This document shows, piece by piece, positions 1-24,500 of a stretch of DNA of 64,000 nucleotides. The notes under the pieces are model-generated. The model was not told the origin of the DNA and made no database searches. It saw nothing but the letters and a program-made list of their open reading frames with translations. The translations under genes were made by a program, and so were the position numbers. The DNA is from Tubiluchus corallicola (lineage: Eukaryota; Animalia; Priapulida). The DNA is taken from positions 62,001 through 126,000 of the forward strand of contig JAQGDQ010000103.1 in the NCBI GenBank assembly GCA_030141605.1. The letters run 5' to 3'. Position 1 is the first letter of the stretch, and each line of letters begins with the position of its first letter.

Positions 1-200
1 CACTTGTTGGTCCCACGCACTTCAATCTCCTTCCCGTCCTCGATGCATCATCCCTCAAATCTACAGGTGTACATGCATTTGCTAAGTCTTTATGCAGTAT
101 ATCTATATACGTAAGTGGCTGACCCCCTCTCGGCCTTTTGTAGTTGATTCATTTTAATTACAAAAAACTGTTGGGCATTAATTGGCCTGACAGAATATCC
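1..200 (-). mobile_element. RTE-like LINE 3' fragment
   Basis: Translates KRPRGGQPLTYIDILHKDL, resembling the RTE C-terminal motif. A homologous copy lies at about 53200-53350 on the plus strand. Confidence 0.6.
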
Positions 201-266
201 ACTGATGATCTATAAGATGTGGTGAAGAAGAATCCTTGGAGTAAACAAATCAAAGTAAGAAGATTG

Positions 267-428
267 GGCTAAAGTTTACAATTCCTCACACACAAGAAAC
301 TGGTTTGTGATGTGGATTAGGATTATGGTTAGGGTTGGGATTTGAGTTAAGGTTAGGATTAGGGTTGGGTTAGTGTTAGGGTTGGGTTATGGTATTTAAA
401 TAGTGTGATGGAATTGTAAACTCCTCTC
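267..428. mobile_element. 162-bp MITE with telomere-like core and 8-bp TSD
   Basis: GAAGATTG at 259-266 and 429-436. Subterminal inverted repeat AGTTTACAATTCC / GGAATTGTAAACT. Degenerate (GGTTAG)n at about 318-392. Confidence 0.65.
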
Positions 429-627
429 GAAGATTGCATTGGATTGGGCATGTACTAAGACTACCCCAAGAATCTCCTCTTCCTATTACCATTATAAAAA
501 TATGTGTCAAATGAAATGCAATAGCGGGTTTCTGTTGCTTGCAGGAACTTGTTTTTTTTTATTGCAACGTCATTCATCATGCTTCTAGTAAATATTACTA
601 TTCTGAAGATTGCTATTTTGAACGTAC

Positions 628-13528
<12,901 letters not shown>

Positions 13529-14156
13529 GTTCCTTTTGGTAAAGGTACATTCACTGTGACACATTTGATTCGAGTTTCGTTTTCCGCGCATGCGTATTTC
13601 AAGGTCTAACAAAACTGTGTTGTCTCTGCTAAGATGCAGGTGCATCAGCAAAAACATTGAATTTATAATGCGCAGTGAGACAGTACGTAGATGATACAAA
13701 ATGTCATGGCGATTTTTTTTATCTTTATTCAAGTAAAGGGGCTTCTTGTCCTTAACATATAATTCTAATGCGTAGGCGTAATCACAAAAGAGTTCGATTG
13801 ATTACTAAATTTTGTGGAATTTGCATTAGATATTAATAGCATGGCAAAATCAACAACTTTATCGCATTGTTAATGTCCAAAATATGCTTTCCTGCTTTGG
13901 TCGAAATTAATTTGGATTTATGTGATAAAATTTTCATGCGTCATTTGTGGCTGCACACATTTCCAATCTTTTTTCCTGTCGTCAGACATGACCGATCAAG
14001 CTGGTCGAGCAAATCGAGGGTGGTTCTAGGCGGGGCTCGTACATTCAACATTCAAATATATTGTTCACTCCTGACTGCAGCGGGTTCTCACAAGGTGTAG
14101 GGTTTTCCCAGACGTTTCAACTATAATGCGTGATTTCACGTGTTGTTGCTTTTTAA

Positions 14157-14763
14157 AGGAAAACAGGGTGATTATTTATACCTCAATTTGATGTACGGTG
14201 AAAAGTATATACTTTAACACCTATAATAACGCAAAAGCATTTCTGATAATTAAATAATAGGCTAAAAGCTTAATCAATTGTGGGCAAGCCCAGCTAGTGA
14301 TGACATCACAACTGAACATAATTTTCAACAGCATAAACATTCCATGAGCGTGTTCAACGTGTTTGTAAAAGGGAAAATTGATGTACAATTCTGCTGTACA
14401 ACATTCAGTGTGATATACAAACTTCGGCGATTTTTAAATTTAAAATTCAAATTTCAAGTTTACCGCTGTTCTCACGCATGAGCTCTCGAACGCGTGCATT
14501 GCGCCACAACTGAACACCTCTATATTAAGAGATAGAATGCCAGTTTTTTGTGCAATGAGCTTCTGAGTTGCAGGCGCTAATGCCCATCTACCTGGCGAAA
14601 TGTATGTAACAGTGTATAAATAGCCGCCCGAACGCAAAATTACGTTTCTGTGGTAATAATTCTTTCATATAAGTCATGCTTGAAAAAATAGTAAGTTTCC
14701 TTTCAAAATTTGAAAGAGTAGGTTGTTGTTTAGCTATAGTTTAAGATTGGAATTGGTTTTCAT
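14157..14763. mobile_element. TTAA-flanked (Kolobok-like) MITE family C, about 600 bp
   Basis: TTAA-AGGAAAAC...GTTTTCAT-TTAA. Copies at about 18757-19090, 23910-24050, 25200-25470, 39536-40082 and 40520-41130. Confidence 0.8.
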
Positions 14764-15573
14764 TTAAAAAAAGACAGTAAAGTGTGCACGGAAATAGCTA
14801 GCTCTGTCATCAAGATGATTATTGAACAAGAATAACCGCTTTAAAAGTATATAACGATACTCACAAATTGTTTCTCGCTCCTTGGGTAAATCTTTCTCGC
14901 ATATACATAAGTTCAGGTATTATGTTGAAATATAGAATTTTGTATGATATTTTATTTACATGTTTGTACTTAAATATAGTTGTTTACACAGCAGTAGGTG
15001 CAGTGGTGTGTAATTATGGTGATCGATTTGATGTCTGTTTGTTTGCGTGTCTGTATCGCGTAACGCACTATTTATAAATATGTCAATATTAGTTATATGA
15101 TCTAAATTGACAAAGTTATTCACTTCAATACCCATATAGTTGCTGTCGCCATTTACATCGTTGTTGTTGCTGTATAGATTCATCAAACAAATTATGTAAT
15201 ACCTCAGACAGAAATTAAAATATAAAGCTATGGGTCTATTAAAACAATTCTTTATGTGAATATCCAAATAACAAGAGAGGAACTTATGTGCTATTTGCCA
15301 GTTGCCATTTATTTATTTATTTTTGATTTAATTCAAGCACGGATAGATGGCGCTGTCTATCTTTTGAACAAGTTAAGCTTGATAATGAATTGGAAGAATG
15401 TACGTCAAATGTTACTTCTTTTTGAATAGTTTCACTCTTAATTTTTCTTATTAGATTGTAACAAGATTTAAACTAACAGACTAATCTACTTGGTTAGATT
15501 AATTGCGATGTGGACATATACCTACCTTATTATATGTTTGTGAAATTGGTGCTATTAGCAATAACTCGAAATA

Positions 15574-16450
<877 letters not shown>

Positions 16451-16931
16451 TATCTTGTGAAAAAACAAACGATTAATGAACAGTACACAAGTGCTAAATT
16501 TATGTTGCACAGAGACTGTGTATTTGGCGAATGCATCAATTTTGTGTTAAAATATGATGTGACAAGGAAACTAAAGACTCAAGCTTTCTGCAAATAATCA
16601 AAATTTCAAATCATTTACCGGTATTCTTTACTTTTGCTCCGTAGATGGCGAAACGTTGCCAGTCTGAGTATTATTACCTTAGTAGAATAATTGGTTGATC
16701 CACACATACCTGGTTGTGTCGGCAGCTTTTATCTAAGGGGTAGCGAACTGGGCCTCATTTAGAAGAAGAGAGGCTCTAGTTAGGTTATTCAACCCGTGAC
16801 GGCCTCGCCTTAGAAACGACGGACCCGGCCACTCCCAGCTTTCAAGACAAGAGAAAGAAGGCTGATAAGGCGGAAATCACGGAATTTTGGAGAGCTAAAC
16901 ACTTATATAAGTTGCTTCTACTGGCTGCAGA

Positions 16932-17120
<189 letters not shown>

Positions 17121-17758
17121 GGAAAGTGCTTACGGAAAGTCTGATGCGCTTACAAGTAGTTACAAAGTCCAGCAGCTAAATCATAATTTTCAAATTGGCG
17201 GTTACCAACACACTCCTAAAAATTTGTTTACAGTAAATTAACTTCATGCTTTATAGACAGTTTTTTGCAAATTTCTTTTTTAAAATTTAAGTTAAACTTT
17301 GTTTTAAGTTTAGTTGATAACGGTAACGATAAATAAACCCAACAGTCAACTGTTAATGACTTGTCCTTTAAAATTCCAGGAAGAGAGGTCAAGGTGCAAG
17401 GTAACCGTTCATATCACCCGTGCAAAGCTGGCTAGAGGAATAATAGAATTAACCAGTAGCCACCAATTTACAAAGGGAAACATTTTTAAAAGACCAGTAA
17501 ATAGTCAAACTTATTAACAATCGGCTAAACTTCAAACTGCGAAAATGACACAGTTCAGCGTTCGCGTGCTTACCTTCTGGCGAGAAAGATGTTTTTTTAA
17601 TCAAATGCTATTATTATAAGGGTAGATTTTGTTTAACACTGCCTAGTGATGAACTGTGTTTTTTTACCGCCTCTGCAAAGTATAAGCTTTTAAATTAAGA
17701 ACGCATAGCGAGCGCATTGACGAGGTCATTGCTCCCTTCTGGTAATTTTTTTCTTTAA

Positions 17759-18297
17759 AGGACAGGCAAACCTTCCGGAACTTAGGCTTATTTCAATGTT
17801 CGCGAAAGATGTTAGAATGATTTTTAAATAAAACTGTAATAAGCGCCTCGTGTAGCTAGTAAGATCACTTTAAAGTCGCGATTACTTTATGCTTGGGTGC
17901 GCTCCCATTTTGAACGCCCATTCTTTTTCCAATGACGTCATTCGTCTTGAAGGAAAGTAGCGCACTGCCAATGTCCATCAAAAGTATAATAAGTTTTTAC
18001 AAAAATTAGAGTAATTTTGTAATATTTTTGTGCGAACGTTAGGTAAACTGCAGAAGTTTAAATGTTTAAATTAATTTAAGCACTGCGCGCTTACGAAAAG
18101 TCACGAACGACTAGTTACGTCATAATTTCCAAGGGAATGGCGGCAACCACCATGCCTAAAAATTTCTATTCAGAGATAGTATATTTTAAATTCATGCTTT
18201 ATAGGCAGTCTTTTGCAGATTTTTCTTTGTTATATTTTTCTAAGTTTAAGTGATAACAGTAAAATAAACCTAACATACTGAGTGACTTGTTCTTTCC
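17759..18297. mobile_element. MITE family B copy
   Basis: TTAA-AGGACAGG start. Shared motifs aatgacgtcattcgtc, aaagtagcgcactg and gaatggcggcaaccac. Confidence 0.75.
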
Positions 18298-19179
18298 CCG
18301 AAACAGAAAATTTGTGTTACTTTTCTTTGACTCGAGATTTTTGACCTTTCAGGAATTTTTCTTACGTTGACACAAAATTTAACTGGCTAATAACACTACT
18401 AACATTTATATTTGGATGAAATAGCAAACTTAAAATTCTTTGTTGTGTACATTATTCAGTCATCATAGCTGCCTGGATTGCAGAAGCTGTGAGCTCGAGT
18501 CCCGGATGGATGAGGGGGCCAATTAAACCTTAAAGTAACTGATACGGATTGGACTGATACGTGTTACTGGTATGAATATGTTTTTTTCTTACGATTGAAT
18601 TACGCCCACAAACCTACTCAAACCAACCATAATGCATCAATATATTGGCCATTGGAAATTCTGAGAATGCTCAGTGAAATCAGAAATACCCAAAATCTAC
18701 AATTCTTCAATGAAACAGTTGCCTGAATCTAAGAAAAGCAGAAAGGAAATGGATTTAATGGAAGACAGGATGATTTTTCATATACTACCCCATTTTTAAG
18801 TCCAACAAAGGCATATATTTTAACACAATTAATACTGAATAGCGTTTCTGATAATTAGGCAATAGATTAAAACTCTATTAATAGCGGGCCAGAGCCAAGC
18901 TAGTGATGACATCACAACTGAACATAATTGTTAATAGCACAAACATTCAACGAGCGTGTTGTACGTGTTTGAGAAAGAGAAAATTGAAGTACAATGCAAT
19001 TGTACAACAGTCAGTTTGATATATACAAAAACTCCACATATTTTAAATCTAAAAATCAAATTTTTAGTTTACCGCTGTGCTCCCAAATGTGCACCGTCAA
19101 ATAACTATGTAACTCTTGACGGTGTTGAAATCTGTGGAATGAAGCATGGGCTGTTGCTACCAACCTAGGAGCGAGGAAA

Positions 19180-19303
19180 GTAGATAGATAGATAGATAGG
19201 TAGGTAGGTAGGTAGTTAGGTAGGTAGGCAGGTAGGTAGGTAGATAGGGAGGGAGGGAAGGAGGGAGAGAGAGAGAAAGAGAAAGAGAAAGGGAGAGAAA
19301 GAA

Positions 19304-19393
<90 letters not shown>

Positions 19394-19436
19394 GAGGGGG
19401 TGCACGCGCGCGCGCGTGTGTGTGTGTGTTTGTGTG
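19180..19436. repeat. Compound (GATA)(GGTA)(GGGA)(GA)(CG)(TG) microsatellite
   Basis: Direct reading. Confidence 0.95.
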
Positions 19437-19570
19437 AAGGTCTTATGTACCACGTGCCATGAAGTAGATAGGAAACTGATAACAGAGGGAGGAGAAACTT
19501 GTGCAAAAGAGTTGTTGCAAACAGTTTACAAACACTAACAGGTAAAATGTTTCAAACACCACTTGTAGTA

Positions 19571-19856
19571 GAATTAATTGATTACACTAGCTTAGAATTG
19601 ATGACACTAGCTCGCAATTGATTGCACTAGCTCACAATTGATTACATTAGCCTTCAATTGTTCATACTAGCTCACAATTTATAACACTAGCTCACAATTG
19701 ATTACACTAGCTCACAAATCGTTGACACTAGCTCACAAATTGATGACACTAGCTCACAATTGATTATGCTAGCTCATTGTCGGTAATATTATCTCACAAT
19801 TGATTACACTAGCACACAACTGATTCCACTAACTCGCAATTGGTTACATTAGCTAA
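19571..19856. repeat. 20-bp minisatellite, about 14 copies, consensus AATTGATTACACTAGCTCAC
   Basis: Direct reading of head-to-tail units with no spacers. Confidence 0.9.
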
Positions 19857-19992
19857 CGACAAAAGTCGCTTCAAGAATTACAACGAAATTCTGGTTGGTC
19901 ACTTGTGCTTAGCTGTGGTTAATAAGCATAATAGGTTCGGCTGTTCTGAGAATTTTTAAATTAACATCTGATATCCTTGTTGGTTCTTTTAT

Positions 19993-20982
19993 CTACGTTA
20001 ACTTAGCTGTCAAACAAGTTGTGCTGTCTGAGTGCAGAAACCAATGCCCATGTTTCCTAGCCACATTTTCCTTTCTCTCAACGCCTATTATCCAGTTAAT
20101 GTTAATCACATATGGTTCTTTGGCAATGTCTTTTGCACTGCTATTTTGATAAACCAAACCATCAGCAACTTTATGGTAAGGGTAATAAGCGCACTTAACA
20201 TTCATATATTTAGTTTTACACAATATTTTCAATGACTTTTGCTCATATATGTGTTTGACATCGTCCTTAACTTCCTGGACCATTTTTTCCCAAGTTTTCT
20301 TCGCACTATGCGTTGCATTCACAAACATAAAATTTACTGATATTTCGTTTGTGTTGTTGTAATTTAATTCCTCGTAAACTTTGGATCCTATGATGTCTAC
20401 ACCACTGTGGTGGTCAATTAATGGTATGGGATTTCTCAACCAAACTGCGTCTGTTTCAAATATATGAAATGAAACACAAGCGTAAAGAAGTTCAAGGAAC
20501 AACTGTATTCTCTCAAGAAGGATAAGCCTGTAACCTTTTGAATCGTAGTCATAGTTTTTTTCTAAGTTTCTCCTGGTCTGGTGACGGTATATTTTAATGT
20601 TCGGCCACAGAAGGCGCAATGTATCATATGTGACGTCATCAGTCGCGACAATGACGAGTTGATCGTGTACAGCCATATCTCGAGTGTGACACAGCCAGTT
20701 CAATGTTAATTTTATGTAACCGCTGTTAGCGAGGGCTATGTAAGGAACCTTTCCTTTGTTAGTGATCTCTCGGCAAAGTCGTATCAGTTTTGCAGCTTTA
20801 ATTGTGACATTTGTTTCTGTTGAGCAAAGTTTGTGAAAAAAAGGTGATTCTTTTAATTTGGGTCTTTTAGGGGATGCAACGCCATTATCGAACTGATTTT
20901 CAAAAAAATGGGTCCAGTAAATACTAATGCAGATAAGAACGCCGACGCTTATTGTGAATATTGTCTTCAGTAGTGCTGACAT
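19993..20982 (-). CDS. Nucleotide-diphospho-sugar transferase (PF03407/GT77-like), type II membrane glycosyltransferase, 329 aa, uninterrupted CDS
   Basis: Intact ORF with N-terminal membrane anchor (IFTISVGVLICISIYW). Family-like motifs: ANSGYIKLTLNWLC, VIVATD, ETDAVWLRNP (DxD equivalent) and NINWIIGVERK...GHWFL. Acceptor ttttgcag near 21081 and donor CAG|gtaagt near 21785 suggest an upstream non-coding exon. Confidence 0.85.
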   Translation of the reverse strand: MSALLKTIFTISVGVLICISIYWTHFFENQFDNGVASPKRPKLKESPFFHKLCSTETNVTIKAAKLIRLCREITNKGKVPYIALANSGYIKLTLNWLCHTRDMAVHDQLVIVATDDVTYDTLRLLWPNIKIYRHQTRRNLEKNYDYDSKGYRLILLERIQLFLELLYACVSFHIFETDAVWLRNPIPLIDHHSGVDIIGSKVYEELNYNNTNEISVNFMFVNATHSAKKTWEKMVQEVKDDVKHIYEQKSLKILCKTKYMNVKCAYYPYHKVADGLVYQNSSAKDIAKEPYVININWIIGVERKENVARKHGHWFLHSDSTTCLTAKLT

Positions 20983-21129
20983 GGTTATAACAGAGCATCA
21001 TCTCTTTCTTTGCTGGTAAAACCATACGTCCTTACCATTTCTTATCAAGTTTCTTAAGAAGCTTGAATTACATTAATTTTCTGCAAAAATAAATAAAGAA
21101 ATTAGTACAGCAAGATCCTTAAGCCATTA

Positions 21130-21590
21130 TTGCCCTCGCAATTTGTGAAAACTATTGTTTGAATAAAGTAGAGGATGATCTGCACGTAGTTACTGAATAC
21201 CCACTGCACGCTAATATATAAAATAGAAGGGTTTTGATACTCTCTCTGATTTTTGTATTAACTTTCAACATATGTCTCCTAATGAAAAGTTTATGTTTTT
21301 AAATTCGTCACAAGATGAAGAAGTTATAAAAGGTCTAGAAAATCTTTGAATGTAGATCTGACTGAACTAACTCAGAGCAAGACTGACTGATTAACTACAA
21401 TAATTCAGAATAATAAGCTTATCATAACAAGATATTTGTACGTAGGCCTATACGTGATATGTTGTATGTGTTAATGTGCTTGAACCGTTATACGATATAT
21501 GTGTGTATTCTTTGTATTGTTGTAGTATGTTCTTGTTCATCTCTAGTGTAAACAACCTTCTATTCCAGGGTTCAATAAACGATTACACAA
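21130..21590 (+). mobile_element. LINE 3' end with degenerate CCHC knuckle and 3' UTR, in the predicted 5'-UTR intron of the glycosyltransferase
   Basis: ICENYCLNKVEDDLHVVTEYP resembles C-x-C...ED..H....CP. AATAAA near 21574. Confidence 0.5.
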
Positions 21591-24500
21591 ATACTTTGGG
21601 TACGCTCTACGACACGTATGGCTAAATTTCTACGTTTTATAGCCTAAATTATACTTGTCTTTGAAGAATATCTTGAACATCTGTGAATATCTTGAAATAG
21701 CACTGTTGTAAAACTACAAAAAAGCAAAAAAATCAATAATAATATAATGTTTGAAAAGGAAAATTCACATAAACATACACTTACCTGAATTGTTAGTAAT
21801 CGCAAACATAGCTAGTGAGATCTATAACTAAAATTATTTGCAACAACAATTCTATTTATCTCAATAAACGCCACATCCGCAACACACAGTCGAATATAAT
21901 CAAGCATTTCCGCATTAATTATCTTCGCTATCAAAAATAGTCTAAAGCCTGGGAGAGACGCGGACAAAAATAATGGCTCTGGTCAAACAGCGCCTATACT
22001 GTGTTCACTCATGTGGTTATAAGTATGGAAGTTCTACAATTGTGTTGCTTTGTGAAAATGTTTATTATCTGGATGGAGAAAGCTTACCACGAACTAAACG
22101 TTGCATTTTATTACTTAATTTAATCTTTGAAATGCTCGCCGTTTAACGATTCTATATTGGCTCATCAATTTTACATTGCATACATACCTGGGGAAATGAT
22201 TATGTTGTTAACTCAGTACTGTTTTTTATTTCTCAAAAGGCGATACACAAAATTGTCTAATAGGCAACGATAATATTACAAACCAAAAATTAAATCAATT
22301 TTTCAAATCAAATCAGATTTATTTAATACAATCTAACAACAACAACTTATCAAAAATTACTCAACAGCACAACAATACAATGGTGTTATCACATAACATA
22401 AAACACTCGTATAAAATCGTAGAACATAACTCAAACAGGATTCGTATCCAGGCCGTGACATACATGTTTGTATTTCCGTTGAATCATCCAAGTACGAGTA
22501 ATAATAATTCGCATCAAAATACTGTGATATGCCATTAGTATAACTCAGCTAAACCCACAGGAGACCTACGAAGACAGGAGACGGGGGACTTATGGTAGGT
22601 CACCTAAGTATTACGTGATTAGTTACAAATATAATTAGTAAAAGAGACTATTAATATTAAAAATGAAAAATTTAGGGAAATCCAAGTGACAAACTATAAA
22701 CAGAGCAATGTATGAGAAAAAAGATTAACTGTATCGTAATCAGCAAATACAATAGTTAAAGATCAGCGTTAAGCTTATTTTATACAAAAGTTCCTGACGA
22801 AGTCAAGAACATGCTTTGAAATTTCCAGTGTTTAGGTTGAAGACAAAGTGCCAATGATTGATGCAATTGAAATTTATAATGATATAATCATAATGCTAAT
22901 GAAAAAAGCAACACAAAAGTATTCATAAAAAAACATACAAATTTTCCACTCTTTATCAGCTGCGGTATCGTAATTAATTACAACTAAGCATTAATTTACA
23001 GTCTCCGCTATTCATTCGAGTCTCTTGAATCGAATAAAACTTTTGATCTTTGAACTCGTATCAAATCTAACTTCAAGATTTCGAATCCGAATCGAATTCG
23101 AATTCCTTTTAAAAGATTTTCGAAGATCATGCATATTACTTGATTTTGTTCTGTAGTAAAAACACAAATAAGTTGTTTAAAAGTTGTGTACAGAAATGAC
23201 AGCTAAATTTTGGTGATTGCATGATGTTTTTATAATAACGAACTAAAAAAATCGTTCGAATCCAATTCGAATGTTTGATTCTCACCCTTAGTTTCTGTAC
23301 TTAGTCATGTTCCTCAAATATAACTGTTATTTACAAGTGAGGCTAATTCAAATTTAGATATTAGCTCTACAAATTGTTTTTTATAATTGTAGAGATAATA
23401 TTCAACCGCACAATTATTAGCTTACAGTATACACTTTAAACTCTACAGTTTACAGTTCCTTAAAAGACGTGTACTTTAGGTGCGTAGTCCTCATAAGGCG
23501 CAGAAGCCATTTCACAGTTTTAAATTTTTAAAAATTAATCTCCATTACAAAATTAATAGAGTTTTTTGCTTTTTGAAACAAACGTTTTAATTTTTTTCTT
23601 TACGCACTATAAATTAAAGCACAAGATAATATTCGTCATAAATCAAGTTTAAAATTTTTTCACTTACATGCTGTCTGATTGCATACAGAACTTGCCGTAG
23701 CAGTAACGCTGTATAAAAGTTGTAAGGTTAAAATCCATGCAATGTCACTTAGAAGCAGCCATTTAAAAGTAAGCCGTTTGAAACAAGCTTAGATAACATT
23801 GCATAAAGTTTGAAAAAATGACGATCAAAGGTTTCGTAGCACACTCTGGGCTTACTAAGCAAAATCGCTTTATATTGTCAATAATAAGATCAATAATGTG
23901 TTTTTGTTGACATACTATTTTTTCAAGAATGATTTACATGAAGGAATTATCACCACACAAACACAATTTGGCATTCGCTGTTTTTTTTTATTACATATAT
24001 TATATTATATATAGTTCGCCCTTTGGTAGTTAGATGGGCATTAGCGCCTGTGTGACGAGCTAAGCCGTCCTTGGTGATGCGCTACTAATAATTGATTGAC
24101 TTATTTTCTATTAATGTATTTTTGATGACAATCCAAAATGTATCGCTATTATTGGTATAACATTGATTGCCATTATTGTTAATATTTTTATTGGACTTGT
24201 GATTTTTGTGGAAATTGATGTTTTTTGTAATATTAAATGGAGGCACTTTACAGATTTGAGTGACCAGAGCCTGGGTCACATGACCAAATTCACCTGCCTG
24301 GCCAGGTATTGGCCAAGTTTTGTGGTCTATCTGGTTTTGTAGCTCAAGGTAAAAAGAGCAAATGTTACCCGTTTTGAACATGTGTGTTTGCCTCGAAAGT
24401 GAAAGCCACCTCATGGGCTATTTGGTTATTGGTTAGAGAGGCTTTGGAAAGAAACTTGTTTATTCACGTAATCTCTGATTGTGTTTCTTGATGGTAATAC

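Noticed and set aside
318-392. True telomere or chromosome-fusion site
   Set aside because: Short, degenerate and embedded in a TSD-flanked MITE inside an intron.
13529-13732. N-terminal extension of the GPR158-like first coding exon from upstream ATGs
   Set aside because: ATG 13528 directly precedes a signal-peptide-like segment, and a likely acceptor (ttttgttag near 13605) suggests the upstream part is UTR or intron. A longer start is not excluded.
19571-19856. CRISPR-like appearance of the 20-bp repeat
   Set aside because: Units are head-to-tail with no unique spacers, there are no cas genes, and the context is eukaryotic.
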